Source: an uncultured Candidatus Peribacteria bacterium (GTDB lineage Bacteria > Patescibacteriota > Gracilibacteria > Peribacterales > Peribacteraceae). From it: 64,000 nt of DNA. This document shows positions 44,079 through 52,297 of this stretch, piece by piece. The DNA lies in the NCBI GenBank assembly GCA_964649695.1, contig CAZYQO010000004.1, positions 89,394 to 153,393 on the forward strand, given 5' to 3'. The position numbers were made by a program, and so were the translations under genes. The notes under the pieces were generated by a model. That model was not told the origin of the DNA. It ran no database searches and worked only from the letters and a program-made list of their open reading frames with translations. Position 1 is the first letter of the stretch. Each line of letters starts with the position of its first letter.

Positions 44079-46891
44079 GGGGTCGGCAGCAACACGTAGA
44101 CAATGCCCGCTTCGGAGTCATTCACGTTGATGTCCAGACCGAGCGTGGCATCGTTGAGGAAACTGAGAAGTGCATTCACTTTTTTATGCAGCGATCCCTG
44201 CGTGTCCTTTTCGATGGTCGCGGTGTTCGTATCAAAGATCATGCTGCTAAACCCAAGCGCCTGCAGGCGACGCAGTGTGAGAGCATGGTTCCGCTCCTGA
44301 TCAATGCAGTTGAAGATGTCGAGCTGGTTGTCGGCCAGCGGCAACAGCTCGAGGTTGCGCGGGATGAAGTACGGGATGAACGTGCCCATGCGATACACAT
44401 AGGGGCTTTGGGGATACTTCTGCGCGCGATCCAGGACGATATCCTTCACGTCGTCGTAGTGGCTGATGGTGCGCTCCTGCAGCACCGAAGCCGACACCTT
44501 GCCCATCGGATACTCAAGCAGGCTGCGCTGCTGTTCAAGCTGCCACAGGCGGAACTCGATGCCGCAACAGACCGACACCAGGACGACGACGGATGCGGCA
44601 ATGGACGCCGTGCGACCGGGGCTGAAACGCACCATCGCCTCCAACGCGATCACGATGCCCAGGAACATCCCGATGCCGTACCACGGCACGCCGTTGGCCA
44701 AAAACACCCACTCCACGATCAGCAATGAGGTCGCCGCAAACAATGCGCGCAGCATGCGCTGTCTGCCCATCCAGAAGGCGGGCACAAGCAGGAGCAACGG
44801 GAACAGCAGGAAGCCCGGCAACTGCGTGACGTAATACCCGATGGCATCGAGGTTCAGCACCGCCCTCCACGGCAGCAGGAGATAGTGTCCCCAGCCGGTG
44901 TCATCACCCCAGTAACGGTCGAGCTCTTCGCTGCCGGCCGTGCTCACACAGGCTGGATCGTTGATGTTCACCTGCAATTCCTCGGGCAGGGTGCGGATGG
45001 GCTGGCCGTAATCCTTTACGGGTCGCGCATCGGACAGCACGAATGCCGCACTGAATACGTTGGGCGGAGAGAAGCGCACGCCCAGCTCACCCGCCTTCGC
45101 ACCGTTGAGTACAATCCACGGGAGGGTGGCAGCAAAGAACCCCAGAACGAACAGGCCGACAGTCGTCGCCGTGGGCTTGAGCGTGGCTCGGTGCTTCCAT
45201 GCGCCGATCAGCAACAGTGCAGCCCCAATCACCAGAAGGAACCCGAGCACCTCGGTGCGCGTGTAGGCCGAGGGATCGCGATAGAGGCGCCCCATCAACT
45301 TCGACACCTCAAGGCTGCCTTGGAGGATGAATGCTGCAAACGCAAAGAAGCAGGCTGCAAGGAACCCCCATAGCTGCATGCCTTTCCTGAGCAACAGCGC
45401 ACCGATCGCCATACACACCATCACGGCAGTGGCCTTGAAGCCGAAAGCAAAGCCCGCGAGCACTCCGGCGAGAACAAACCACGCCCTGGCGGGAGGCTGC
45501 TGCTCATCCTCTTCGTCGTACATGGTGCCCGGATACAGGCCGATCAACGCGGCCAGCAGCGCGAGGCTGCCGACCGCAAACACTGCGTTGTCCGGCTTCA
45601 TGTCCGCAAACGAAAAATGTCCGATCACGGGTGTGACATAGAAGAGCAGTGCAGAGAGCACTCCCCCCACGCGACCCAGCACCAATCTCCCGATCACAAA
45701 CACACAGAACACCGCAAAGACGCCGGCCAACCAGTTGATCTCCATGGAGACCGTGGCGCCCAGCGGCGAGTTGTAGCCAAACAGCAGGAACCCGAGCGAA
45801 GTGAGGTACTCCCACTGGAACGTACCCATGGTGGGAATCGCCTGACCGTAGCTCACCAGCAGGCGCGGCTGATTGATGTAGCGGCCGAGGTCATCCCAAC
45901 CGATCGGGAAAGGGCGCACCACTGTCAGGAAATTGACCGCCAGGAAGGCCACGAGTGACCACAGCACCAACGTGCGCACGGACCACCATGGCGCATCCAC
46001 CTCGAGTGAGACCTCCCTCGCCGCACGCCACCACCACACGAGCTCCTTGCGGCAAAGCGCCGGCACCGCGATGAGCAGCGCCCACCCCATCGGGGCAACA
46101 TACAGATGCAGCTGTGCCACAAGCCACAGCAGCGCGATCCACAATCCGGAGCCGAGACCGATGCTCAGCGCGGCACGCACGCCGAGCGACCCGATCTCCA
46201 GTCGAAAGAACCTGAGGGCGAAGGATCCGAGCAGCAACAGTTCGATGGCAAGCACCGACACGGCAACCAGCGGGGGCAGCACGCGCGTGAAGAACGCGCC
46301 TTGTACACAGAATCCGCGGAGCTGATAGACCGCTGCCCCGTGGGGCGTCTGGCCGATGGTGTCGAGACAACCCATCTTCATCAGACGGTCACGGTTTTCC
46401 GTCAGCACATCGAGTTCCTTTTGGGTCGCCGTGGTGTACACCTGCGGCAACGGCTCATAGAGGATGCGCATGGGGTTGCCCTCCGTACCGAATGTCCTGC
46501 TGCCCACCGTAAAAAACAGCCAGAGCGTCAGCAAAAACAGCACCACGATGTGCAAAGGGCGAAGTGCGCCTCGCACCCTCCACTCGCCGGTACGCATCGC
46601 CTGCACCAGCAGAAACGCCCCGTAGAAAACCGCCGCCCAAAAGAGGAACCACCCGATGAGCGACAGACGGACGAAGAAGTAGGTGACGAGTGCGGGGAGT
46701 GCCCAAGTGCCGCGGCACAGAAGCCCGTTGGTGGGACACAGCTGCGCAAGCTTGCCCGCCATCACCTCGGGATTGAGAAGCACGGCATCGTGCACGGGGA
46801 CACCAAGATAGGCGAGGGTGCTCCATGCCCCCCACAGGAGGATGGCAACGGTAAAAGCAATCGAAAGGCTGCGGATCGTGCGGTCGGTCAT
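44075..46891 (-). CDS. large (938 aa) polytopic membrane protein, probable GT-C glycosyltransferase (ArnT/PMT-like)
   Basis: More than 20 hydrophobic segments. Operon-coupled (overlapping stops and starts) to the GT2 and DUF2304 genes. Family call is by architecture and context. Confidence 0.5.
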   Translation of the reverse strand: MTDRTIRSLSIAFTVAILLWGAWSTLAYLGVPVHDAVLLNPEVMAGKLAQLCPTNGLLCRGTWALPALVTYFFVRLSLIGWFLFWAAVFYGAFLLVQAMRTGEWRVRGALRPLHIVVLFLLTLWLFFTVGSRTFGTEGNPMRILYEPLPQVYTTATQKELDVLTENRDRLMKMGCLDTIGQTPHGAAVYQLRGFCVQGAFFTRVLPPLVAVSVLAIELLLLGSFALRFFRLEIGSLGVRAALSIGLGSGLWIALLWLVAQLHLYVAPMGWALLIAVPALCRKELVWWWRAAREVSLEVDAPWWSVRTLVLWSLVAFLAVNFLTVVRPFPIGWDDLGRYINQPRLLVSYGQAIPTMGTFQWEYLTSLGFLLFGYNSPLGATVSMEINWLAGVFAVFCVFVIGRLVLGRVGGVLSALLFYVTPVIGHFSFADMKPDNAVFAVGSLALLAALIGLYPGTMYDEEDEQQPPARAWFVLAGVLAGFAFGFKATAVMVCMAIGALLLRKGMQLWGFLAACFFAFAAFILQGSLEVSKLMGRLYRDPSAYTRTEVLGFLLVIGAALLLIGAWKHRATLKPTATTVGLFVLGFFAATLPWIVLNGAKAGELGVRFSPPNVFSAAFVLSDARPVKDYGQPIRTLPEELQVNINDPACVSTAGSEELDRYWGDDTGWGHYLLLPWRAVLNLDAIGYYVTQLPGFLLFPLLLLVPAFWMGRQRMLRALFAATSLLIVEWVFLANGVPWYGIGMFLGIVIALEAMVRFSPGRTASIAASVVVLVSVCCGIEFRLWQLEQQRSLLEYPMGKVSASVLQERTISHYDDVKDIVLDRAQKYPQSPYVYRMGTFIPYFIPRNLELLPLADNQLDIFNCIDQERNHALTLRRLQALGFSSMIFDTNTATIEKDTQGSLHKKVNALLSFLNDATLGLDINVNDSEAGIVYVLLPTP

Positions 46892-46938
46892 GCGGGCAGT
46901 GTACCAACAAGACCATAAGAAGGGTAAAATGTCCGCTC

Positions 46939-48156
46939 ATGGCCAAATCCCCCCTCCAGGCACGGGCAGACTTCCCCCAGCTCTCACGCCAGGTGGGCAG
47001 CCACGCCCTGCTGTATCTCGATTCTGCGGCCACCAGCCAAATGCCCTCCCCTGTCTTGGAAGCCATGGACGCTTTCGAGCGCAGCCACCGGGCAAACGTC
47101 CATCGCGGCATGCACATGCTTGCTGAAGAGGCGACCGATGCCTACGAAGGCGCCCGCGAAACGGTGCGCCGGTTTGTGGGTGCGGCGCATGCCGATGAAA
47201 TCGTCTTCACCAAAAGCTGTACCGAAGCCATCAACATCGTCGCGCGCGGCATGGACAGCGGCATGCAGAAGGGCGACGTGATCGCACTTTCGATGCTCGA
47301 GCACCACAGCAACATCGTGCCGTGGATGCAGCTGAAGGAGCGAACGGGCGTCACCCTGCAATGGATGGATATCAACGACGACGGTTCGCTCAACGAGGAA
47401 TCGCTGCAACGCGCGCTGGACACGCCGCACCTACGCCTAGTGGCAATCACCGGCATGAGCAACGTGCTCGGCACTCGCCCCGATCTGCATCGCATCATCA
47501 CTGCAGCGCATGCGCGCGGCGCACAGGTGTTGGTCGACGCCGCACAGCTCATCGCCCACGACGCGGTGGACGTGCAGTCGCTCGATGTCGATTATCTGGC
47601 CTTTTCCGGCCATAAACTGTTTGGCCCCACGGGCATCGGCGTGCTGTACGCCAAGCGCGCCTTGCTCAAGAACCTGCCTCCGCTGCTGGGAGGTGGAAAC
47701 ATGATCGAAGAGGTGACACTGGAAGGCTTCACCACCAACGATGCGCCGTTGAAGTTCGAGGCAGGGACACCGCCCATCACCCAAGCGGTAGGTCTCGCCG
47801 CCGCCATGGATTGGCTCGAGCAGTTCCCGCTCAGCGAGCGCCGCGCGCACGAGCGCATGCTCTATGAAAAGGCCATCGCCACGTTGAGCACTGTCGAGGG
47901 ACTGCGCATTCTCGGATCGCACAACAATGAGGGGGTGATCAGTTTTGTGGTAGAGGGTGTGCACCCCCATGACCTCACAAGCATCCTTGGGCAAGAAGGT
48001 GTATGCCTCCGCGCCGGGCACCACTGCACCCAGCCATTGCACCGCCGGCTCGGCATCACTGCTTCCACGCGTCTGTCGCTGTCGCTCTACAACACCTGCG
48101 ACGAGCTCGAACGCCTCCCCGAGGCCATCACCCAAAGCATCCGCACATTGTCCTAA
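46939..48156 (+). CDS. sufS: cysteine desulfurase, SufS type
   Basis: RANVHRGMHMLAEEAT..., PLP-Lys motif SGHKLFGPTGIG, and catalytic Cys in RAGHHCTQP. Confidence 0.85.
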   Translation: MAKSPLQARADFPQLSRQVGSHALLYLDSAATSQMPSPVLEAMDAFERSHRANVHRGMHMLAEEATDAYEGARETVRRFVGAAHADEIVFTKSCTEAINIVARGMDSGMQKGDVIALSMLEHHSNIVPWMQLKERTGVTLQWMDINDDGSLNEESLQRALDTPHLRLVAITGMSNVLGTRPDLHRIITAAHARGAQVLVDAAQLIAHDAVDVQSLDVDYLAFSGHKLFGPTGIGVLYAKRALLKNLPPLLGGGNMIEEVTLEGFTTNDAPLKFEAGTPPITQAVGLAAAMDWLEQFPLSERRAHERMLYEKAIATLSTVEGLRILGSHNNEGVISFVVEGVHPHDLTSILGQEGVCLRAGHHCTQPLHRRLGITASTRLSLSLYNTCDELERLPEAITQSIRTLS

Positions 48157-48166
48157 CCCCACCCCC

Positions 48167-48574
48167 GTGGATCTGTACGCAGAAAACATCCTCGACCACT
48201 TCAAGCACCCACGGGGTAAACACGCCGTCACCGACCCCAGTGCAGCGCATGAGGAAATCAATCTCAGCTGCGGCGATACCGTGTCGATATCGGTGCGCAT
48301 CGACGGAGAAACGATCGCGGATCTTGGATGGGAGGGGGCTGGATGTGCGATCAGCCAGGCAGCCATGTCGCTGCTCGCCGAAGCACTGACGGGAAAAACC
48401 GTGCACGAGATCGACATGCTCACACCCTCAATCGTGCAGGAGCTGCTCGGTGTCCCGGTATCCACGCGCAGGATCAAGTGCGCCCTGTTGGGGCTCCATG
48501 CGCTCAAAAACCTTCTGCATGCCTACCGCAAAGAACCTCAGCAGGGATGGGCGGAAACAGTGGGCGATACATAA
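48167..48574 (+). CDS. sufU: SufU/IscU-type Fe-S scaffold / sulfur acceptor
   Basis: GTG start. YAENILDHFKHPRG...LSCGD...GAGCAIS...RIKCALL three-Cys pattern. Confidence 0.8.
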   Translation: MDLYAENILDHFKHPRGKHAVTDPSAAHEEINLSCGDTVSISVRIDGETIADLGWEGAGCAISQAAMSLLAEALTGKTVHEIDMLTPSIVQELLGVPVSTRRIKCALLGLHALKNLLHAYRKEPQQGWAETVGDT

Positions 48575-48600
48575 AAAAACCGAGCCACATGTGGGCTCGG
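48573..48600 (-). terminator. rho-independent terminator for the regulator gene (hairpin plus T7 on the minus strand)
   Basis: CCGAGCC...GGCTCGG stem flanked by AAAAAAA on the plus strand, which reads as a T-run on the minus strand. Confidence 0.6.
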
Positions 48601-48642
48601 TCTCTTCCGAAGACCATTGCTTCGGATCTGCCCTTTACAGTG

Positions 48643-49179
48643 CTACGCAGCGCGCAACACCGTTTCCACGCGTCGGACGAGCAGCTCGGGATCGAGCGGT
48701 CTCACGAGCAGCTCGTCACAATCCAGGCGCATGCGCTCAGTCGCATCAATGGCCATGATCAATGCCGGCTTGCAGTCGAGCTGCGCAAGTCGCATCGCAA
48801 CGGCGACGGCATCCGCATGCCTGCAATCGATCACCGCCAGGTATGGGTGGTGCTCGACGAGAGCACAACCCGCATCGAACGCCGATGCCACGACCGTCGC
48901 CTGCTCGGGAAGATGCTGCATCAACGGCTCGGCATACATGCCGTCGTTAGTGAGCATCAGCACCCGGGGCGCATCGAATTGATCACCGACGGGAATCGCA
49001 TGCCTGCGCACAAACTGCGTCAGCCCTTCGCGAGGGATCCGACGATGCCGCGAACCAGGTACACGATTGCCCGGCAGAAGCCCATCGTCGACCCATCGAC
49101 TGACCGTTCTGGGCGCAACACAGCAGATAGACGCCACCTGCCCCGTCGTAAACACAGACCGTCTGTTTGCCATATGCAT
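48643..49179 (-). CDS. DNA-binding protein: N-terminal excisionase/MerR-type HTH plus C-terminal atypical receiver-like domain
   Basis: FTTGQVASICCVAPRTVSRWVDDGLLPG (HTH), then RVLMLTND...LAVIDC...LIMAID...LLVRPLD. GGAGG lies 6 nt upstream of ATG 49179. Confidence 0.55.
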   Translation of the reverse strand: MHMANRRSVFTTGQVASICCVAPRTVSRWVDDGLLPGNRVPGSRHRRIPREGLTQFVRRHAIPVGDQFDAPRVLMLTNDGMYAEPLMQHLPEQATVVASAFDAGCALVEHHPYLAVIDCRHADAVAVAMRLAQLDCKPALIMAIDATERMRLDCDELLVRPLDPELLVRRVETVLRAA

Positions 49180-49324
49180 GGCACACCTCCATGGAGAAAA
49201 CTGCTCGATCGCCGTGAAAGAGCTTTCGCTATTAAACATGGTATTTACCTCATGTCAAACATCAAGAAAAACAGTGGCAAAGCGGCAAACGAGGAAGTAG
49301 ACTCCGTGCCCGACGTATCCACAC

Positions 49325-49399
49325 GCCGTTGTAGCTCAGTGGTAGAGCACGTCCATGGTAAGGACGGGGTCACGGGTTCAATCCCCGTCAACGGCTCCA
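49325..49399 (+). tRNA. tRNA-Thr (anticodon GGU), CCA encoded
   Basis: GCCGTTG acceptor stem, AGCTCAGTGGTAGAGC D-arm, anticodon loop AUGGUAA, GGTTCAATCC T-loop. Confidence 0.9.
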
Positions 49400-49419
49400 T
49401 TTTCCTGTAGTCTGTACGC

Positions 49420-50304
49420 ATGACATTTTTGGAGAGCACCTTCTCGGCATTCCAAGACTTCCGCCTGCTCGACACGGGCGAAGGCTATCGCCTCGAACAG
49501 TGGGGGCACTACCGCCTTGCCCGACCCGATCCGCAGATCATCTGGAAGCGACACCTGCCCCAGGAGGAATGGAATGCGGTGCATGCCATCTTCGAGGGAA
49601 GCGGTGAGCACGGGCAGTGGAACATGCTGCAAAAAATCCCCGGTTGGTGGCCGGTTGGCTACGCACTGCCCGACGGCAAGACCCTGTCGTTGCGTGCACG
49701 GCTCACACCGTTCAAGCACACGGGCATCTTCGCGGAGCAGGCGGCGAACTGGGAGTGGATGGCCAAATGTGTGGCAGGAAAAAAGGAGCGAAAAATCCTC
49801 AATCTTTTCGGTTACACAGGAGCCGCAAGCGTGCTGCTGACCATGCTCGGACACAAAGTGACCCATGTGGATGCCAGTAAGCCATCCATCGGGCTGGCGA
49901 AGGAAAACCAGCAGCAGAACAACCTGCCGGAAGATTCCATCCGCTGGATCCTCGACGATGCGGTGAAGTTTGTGCAGCGTGAGATCAAGCGGGGGCAGAA
50001 ATACGACGGCATCCTCATGGATCCGCCGGTCTTTGGCCATTCGCCCGACGGCAAGGTCTGGAAGTTTGCCAAGGATCTGCCGGGGCTATTACAGAATTGC
50101 GTCGCGCTGCTGAGTGACGACGCCGATTTCCTGCTCATCAACGGCTACGCCACCACCTGTTCGGCCATTGCCCTGAAAAACCTTCTCGAAGACTGCATGC
50201 CGGGGAAGAAGGGAGCAATCGAACACGGTGAACTCTGCCTCGCACAGGAAGACGGCCGCCTGCTTTCCACGGGCATCTTTGCCCGCTGGAACGGCCATGC
50301 ATGA
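49420..50304 (+). CDS. class I SAM-dependent RNA methyltransferase (RlmI/RlmK C-terminal-domain-like)
   Basis: FKHTGIFAEQ...LNLFGYTGAAS...HVDASK...GILMDPPVFG. Confidence 0.65.
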   Translation: MTFLESTFSAFQDFRLLDTGEGYRLEQWGHYRLARPDPQIIWKRHLPQEEWNAVHAIFEGSGEHGQWNMLQKIPGWWPVGYALPDGKTLSLRARLTPFKHTGIFAEQAANWEWMAKCVAGKKERKILNLFGYTGAASVLLTMLGHKVTHVDASKPSIGLAKENQQQNNLPEDSIRWILDDAVKFVQREIKRGQKYDGILMDPPVFGHSPDGKVWKFAKDLPGLLQNCVALLSDDADFLLINGYATTCSAIALKNLLEDCMPGKKGAIEHGELCLAQEDGRLLSTGIFARWNGHA

Positions 50305-50310
50305 CGGAAG

Positions 50311-50976
50311 TCAGATGGGGAGAATCGCCTGAAACACCGTCACTGTGGCGCCGATGATCGCACCGACAAATCCCGAAAGGATGCGGACATGGGTGAAGGC
50401 CTCCAGCAGCAACACGCCGAGAAGAATCATCGGTGCGCGCTGCATCCATTCGGCATACTGCCATTCAAAACGATACGGGATGAACATCCTGAGGATATTG
50501 CTGCCATCGAGCGGCGGCACGGGAAGCAGGTTGAACGCCATCAACCCCAGATTCACCATCAAGCTCGCCGTCAGCAGCATGGTGAGCATCGCCTGACCGA
50601 CGGAAGGCTGCACCAGTTCGTCGGTCATCTGCTCGAAGGAGGAGGGGTTGCTGCCAAGCAGATGAAGACCCGCATAGCAGGCAAATGCGAGCAGCAGATT
50701 GCTCACCGGACCTGCAAGGGCAACGATCGCCATATCCCGCTTGGGATGCTTCAGGTTCACCGGATTCACCGGTACCGGCTTCGCCCAACCGAACCCCACG
50801 GTGAGGAAGAGCAATGCCCCAAACAGATCGAGATGGGACAACGGATTGAGCGTCATTCTCCCCTCCCACTTGGCCGTATCGTCGCCGAGCCAATAGGCCG
50901 CAACGGCATGGGAGCACTCGTGAATGGCGATCGCAATGAGAACGGCGATGATGTAGAGAGGATTCAAAAAAGGCAT
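50311..50976 (-). CDS. M50 (site-2 protease family) membrane metalloprotease
   Basis: From MPFLNPLYIIAVLIAIAIHECSHA (HExxH)...NLLPVPPLDG. TACACT lies 7 nt upstream of the ATG. Confidence 0.8.
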   Translation of the reverse strand: MPFLNPLYIIAVLIAIAIHECSHAVAAYWLGDDTAKWEGRMTLNPLSHLDLFGALLFLTVGFGWAKPVPVNPVNLKHPKRDMAIVALAGPVSNLLLAFACYAGLHLLGSNPSSFEQMTDELVQPSVGQAMLTMLLTASLMVNLGLMAFNLLPVPPLDGSNILRMFIPYRFEWQYAEWMQRAPMILLGVLLLEAFTHVRILSGFVGAIIGATVTVFQAILPI

Positions 50977-51087
50977 CGCCAAGAGTGTATCAGGAACAAC
51001 ACATATCTTCGCATGGATAGAATCGAAAGATACCTTCTTTCTTCTGGCAGTCGCCCCGAATCTTTCTCTACTCGTTTTGCTGCGCAT

Positions 51088-51120
51088 GCCCTTTCTTTGG
51101 CTAGTGCCCAAAGAAAGGGC
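51088..51120. other. perfect 13-bp stem hairpin in an unassigned region
   Basis: GCCCTTTCTTTGG ctagtgc CCAAAGAAAGGGC. No downstream T-run on either strand. Confidence 0.6.
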
Positions 51121-51350
51121 AAAAGAAAACCCAGTGCCGCAGCCCCCCACTCCACTTGCCCCTTCACCCCCTCGGGTGCGGCACGGCCTCCAAGGCTTTG
51201 AAAGTATCGGATATCCAGACAACCACACTCACAGCCTCGGCGGGGCGCGACGCCAGCGGGGGTGACGGGGTGATACAGATTGAAAATAGCAAAAACAGGC
51301 ACTCGATCGGATCGGGAGGGCGAGGGCATGGCGGCGCACGCGTTTGGGCT

Positions 51351-51377
51351 CCACCCTTGCCGCTCGGGCAAGGGTGG
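51351..51377. other. 11-bp stem hairpin in an unassigned region
   Basis: CCACCCTTGCC gctcg GGCAAGGGTGG. Confidence 0.6.
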
Positions 51378-51450
51378 AAGAAGCGTAGGCGACGCACCAG
51401 ACAAGAGGACAAAACAGGCACCACACAGCCCTAAAAAGGGGAAAATTAAG

Positions 51451-51479
51451 TTGACCAAGGCCTTTTTCTTCCTTAGGCT
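51451..51479 (+). promoter_or_regulatory. promoter TTGACC-17-TAGGCT, 10 nt upstream of the rpmB ATG
   Basis: -35 at 51451-51456, -10 at 51474-51479. Confidence 0.55.
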
Positions 51480-51489
51480 TGCCGCCCAC

Positions 51490-51699
51490 ATGCCTCGAAC
51501 ATGCGTCAAAACCGGCAAGCGAACGGCCTTCGGCAACACCCGAAGCCATAGCAACAGGCATACCCGCCGCACGTGGAAGGCCAACATCCAGGTGAAGAAG
51601 GTGCTCGACCCCGCAACGGGCGAGTTCAAGCGCATGAAGGTCTCCGCCGCCTACCTGCGCACCTTGAGCAAGCGCATGAGTGCAGGAAAGAAGGCCTAA
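51490..51699 (+). CDS. rpmB: 50S ribosomal protein L28
   Basis: MPRTCVKTGKRTAFGNTRSHSNRHTRRTWKANIQ... is a canonical bL28 sequence. The ORF-track upstream extension is rejected. Confidence 0.9.
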   Translation: MPRTCVKTGKRTAFGNTRSHSNRHTRRTWKANIQVKKVLDPATGEFKRMKVSAAYLRTLSKRMSAGKKA

Positions 51700-51719
51700 A
51701 TATCCCATTGCTCCGATTC

Positions 51720-51755
51720 TTGCAGCGTGAAAGAATTGTTGTGCTGCAGTTTTTT
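51720..51755 (+). terminator. rho-independent terminator after rpmB
   Basis: TGCAGC...GCTGCA stem followed by TTTTTT. Confidence 0.55.
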
Positions 51756-51781
51756 CATTTCACCACAAAGGAGCTCTACCG

Positions 51782-52096
51782 ATGAGCGACCTCACCATCG
51801 CGCTGGTTGCCGTAGGCATAGGCATCGCCCTGATGATCGCCGCATATGTTGCATGGTATTTCTGGGACAGGCACAACAAACGCCCCAGTGTACGTGTACG
51901 ACAAATGCGCCAATTGTTATGGATCATCGAAAAAGAACGCCGCAGTCTGATCGACGATCTTGGCTGCGACGACGCCTCTCTCGATATCCGTCTGACGCTC
52001 CATGCAGTGGGCAAAACCCTGCGTGTCGCCAACGGGCGCCTTACCCGGATTGGGAAAGCCATTCCGAAAATTGCAGATATCCTCCCGTTCGAATAG
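51782..52096 (+). CDS. hypothetical single-pass membrane protein
   Basis: TM helix IALVAVGIGIALMIAAYVAWYFW. AAGGAG lies 8 nt upstream of the ATG. Confidence 0.45.
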   Translation: MSDLTIALVAVGIGIALMIAAYVAWYFWDRHNKRPSVRVRQMRQLLWIIEKERRSLIDDLGCDDASLDIRLTLHAVGKTLRVANGRLTRIGKAIPKIADILPFE

Positions 52097-52111
52097 AACG
52101 GGAGGTTGTTT
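52081..52111 (+). terminator. 10-bp perfect hairpin spanning the stop codon, followed by a T-rich tract
   Basis: CCTCCCGTTC gaata GAACGGGAGG then ttgtttg. Confidence 0.5.
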
Positions 52112-52134
52112 GACACAGCCGAAATCACTACACT
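52106..52134 (+). promoter_or_regulatory. promoter TTGTTT-17-TACACT for tRNA-Ser(GGA)
   Basis: -10 ends 11 nt before the mature 5' end. Confidence 0.45.
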
Positions 52135-52145
52135 GCGTGCTCCAC

Positions 52146-52235
52146 GGAGAGGTCGCATAGTGGCCTAGTGCGCACGCTTGGAAAGCGTGTAGACCTGAAA
52201 GGGTCTCGGGAGTTCGAATCTCCCCCTCTCCGCCA
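52146..52235 (+). tRNA. tRNA-Ser (anticodon GGA), CCA encoded
   Basis: GGAGAGG acceptor stem, anticodon loop UUGGAAA, long variable arm, GTTCGAATC T-loop. Confidence 0.9.
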
Positions 52236-52250
52236 GTTTTCCATGACAAC

Positions 52251-52282
52251 AAAAAGGACGCCGCTTTGGCGACGTCCTTTTT
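52251..52282. terminator. bidirectional rho-independent terminator between tRNA-Ser and the convergent small gene
   Basis: AAAAA GGACGCCGC tttg GCGACGTCC TTTTT. Confidence 0.7.
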
Positions 52283-52297
52283 CAACACAAACTCGTA

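Noticed and set aside
51088-51120. 13-bp hairpin as a rho-independent terminator
   Set aside because: No T-run follows it on either strand. The plus strand is followed by AAAAGAAAA and the minus strand by ATGCGCAGC.
50990-51450. RNase P RNA, tmRNA, SRP RNA or a riboswitch in the structured gap
   Set aside because: On both strands I looked for GGAAAGUCCGG and ACAGAACCCGGCUUA (RNase P), a tRNA-like GGUUCGAnUCC...CCACCA end (tmRNA), and the GGAA/AGCAGC domain IV (SRP). None is present. The region remains unassigned rather than called.
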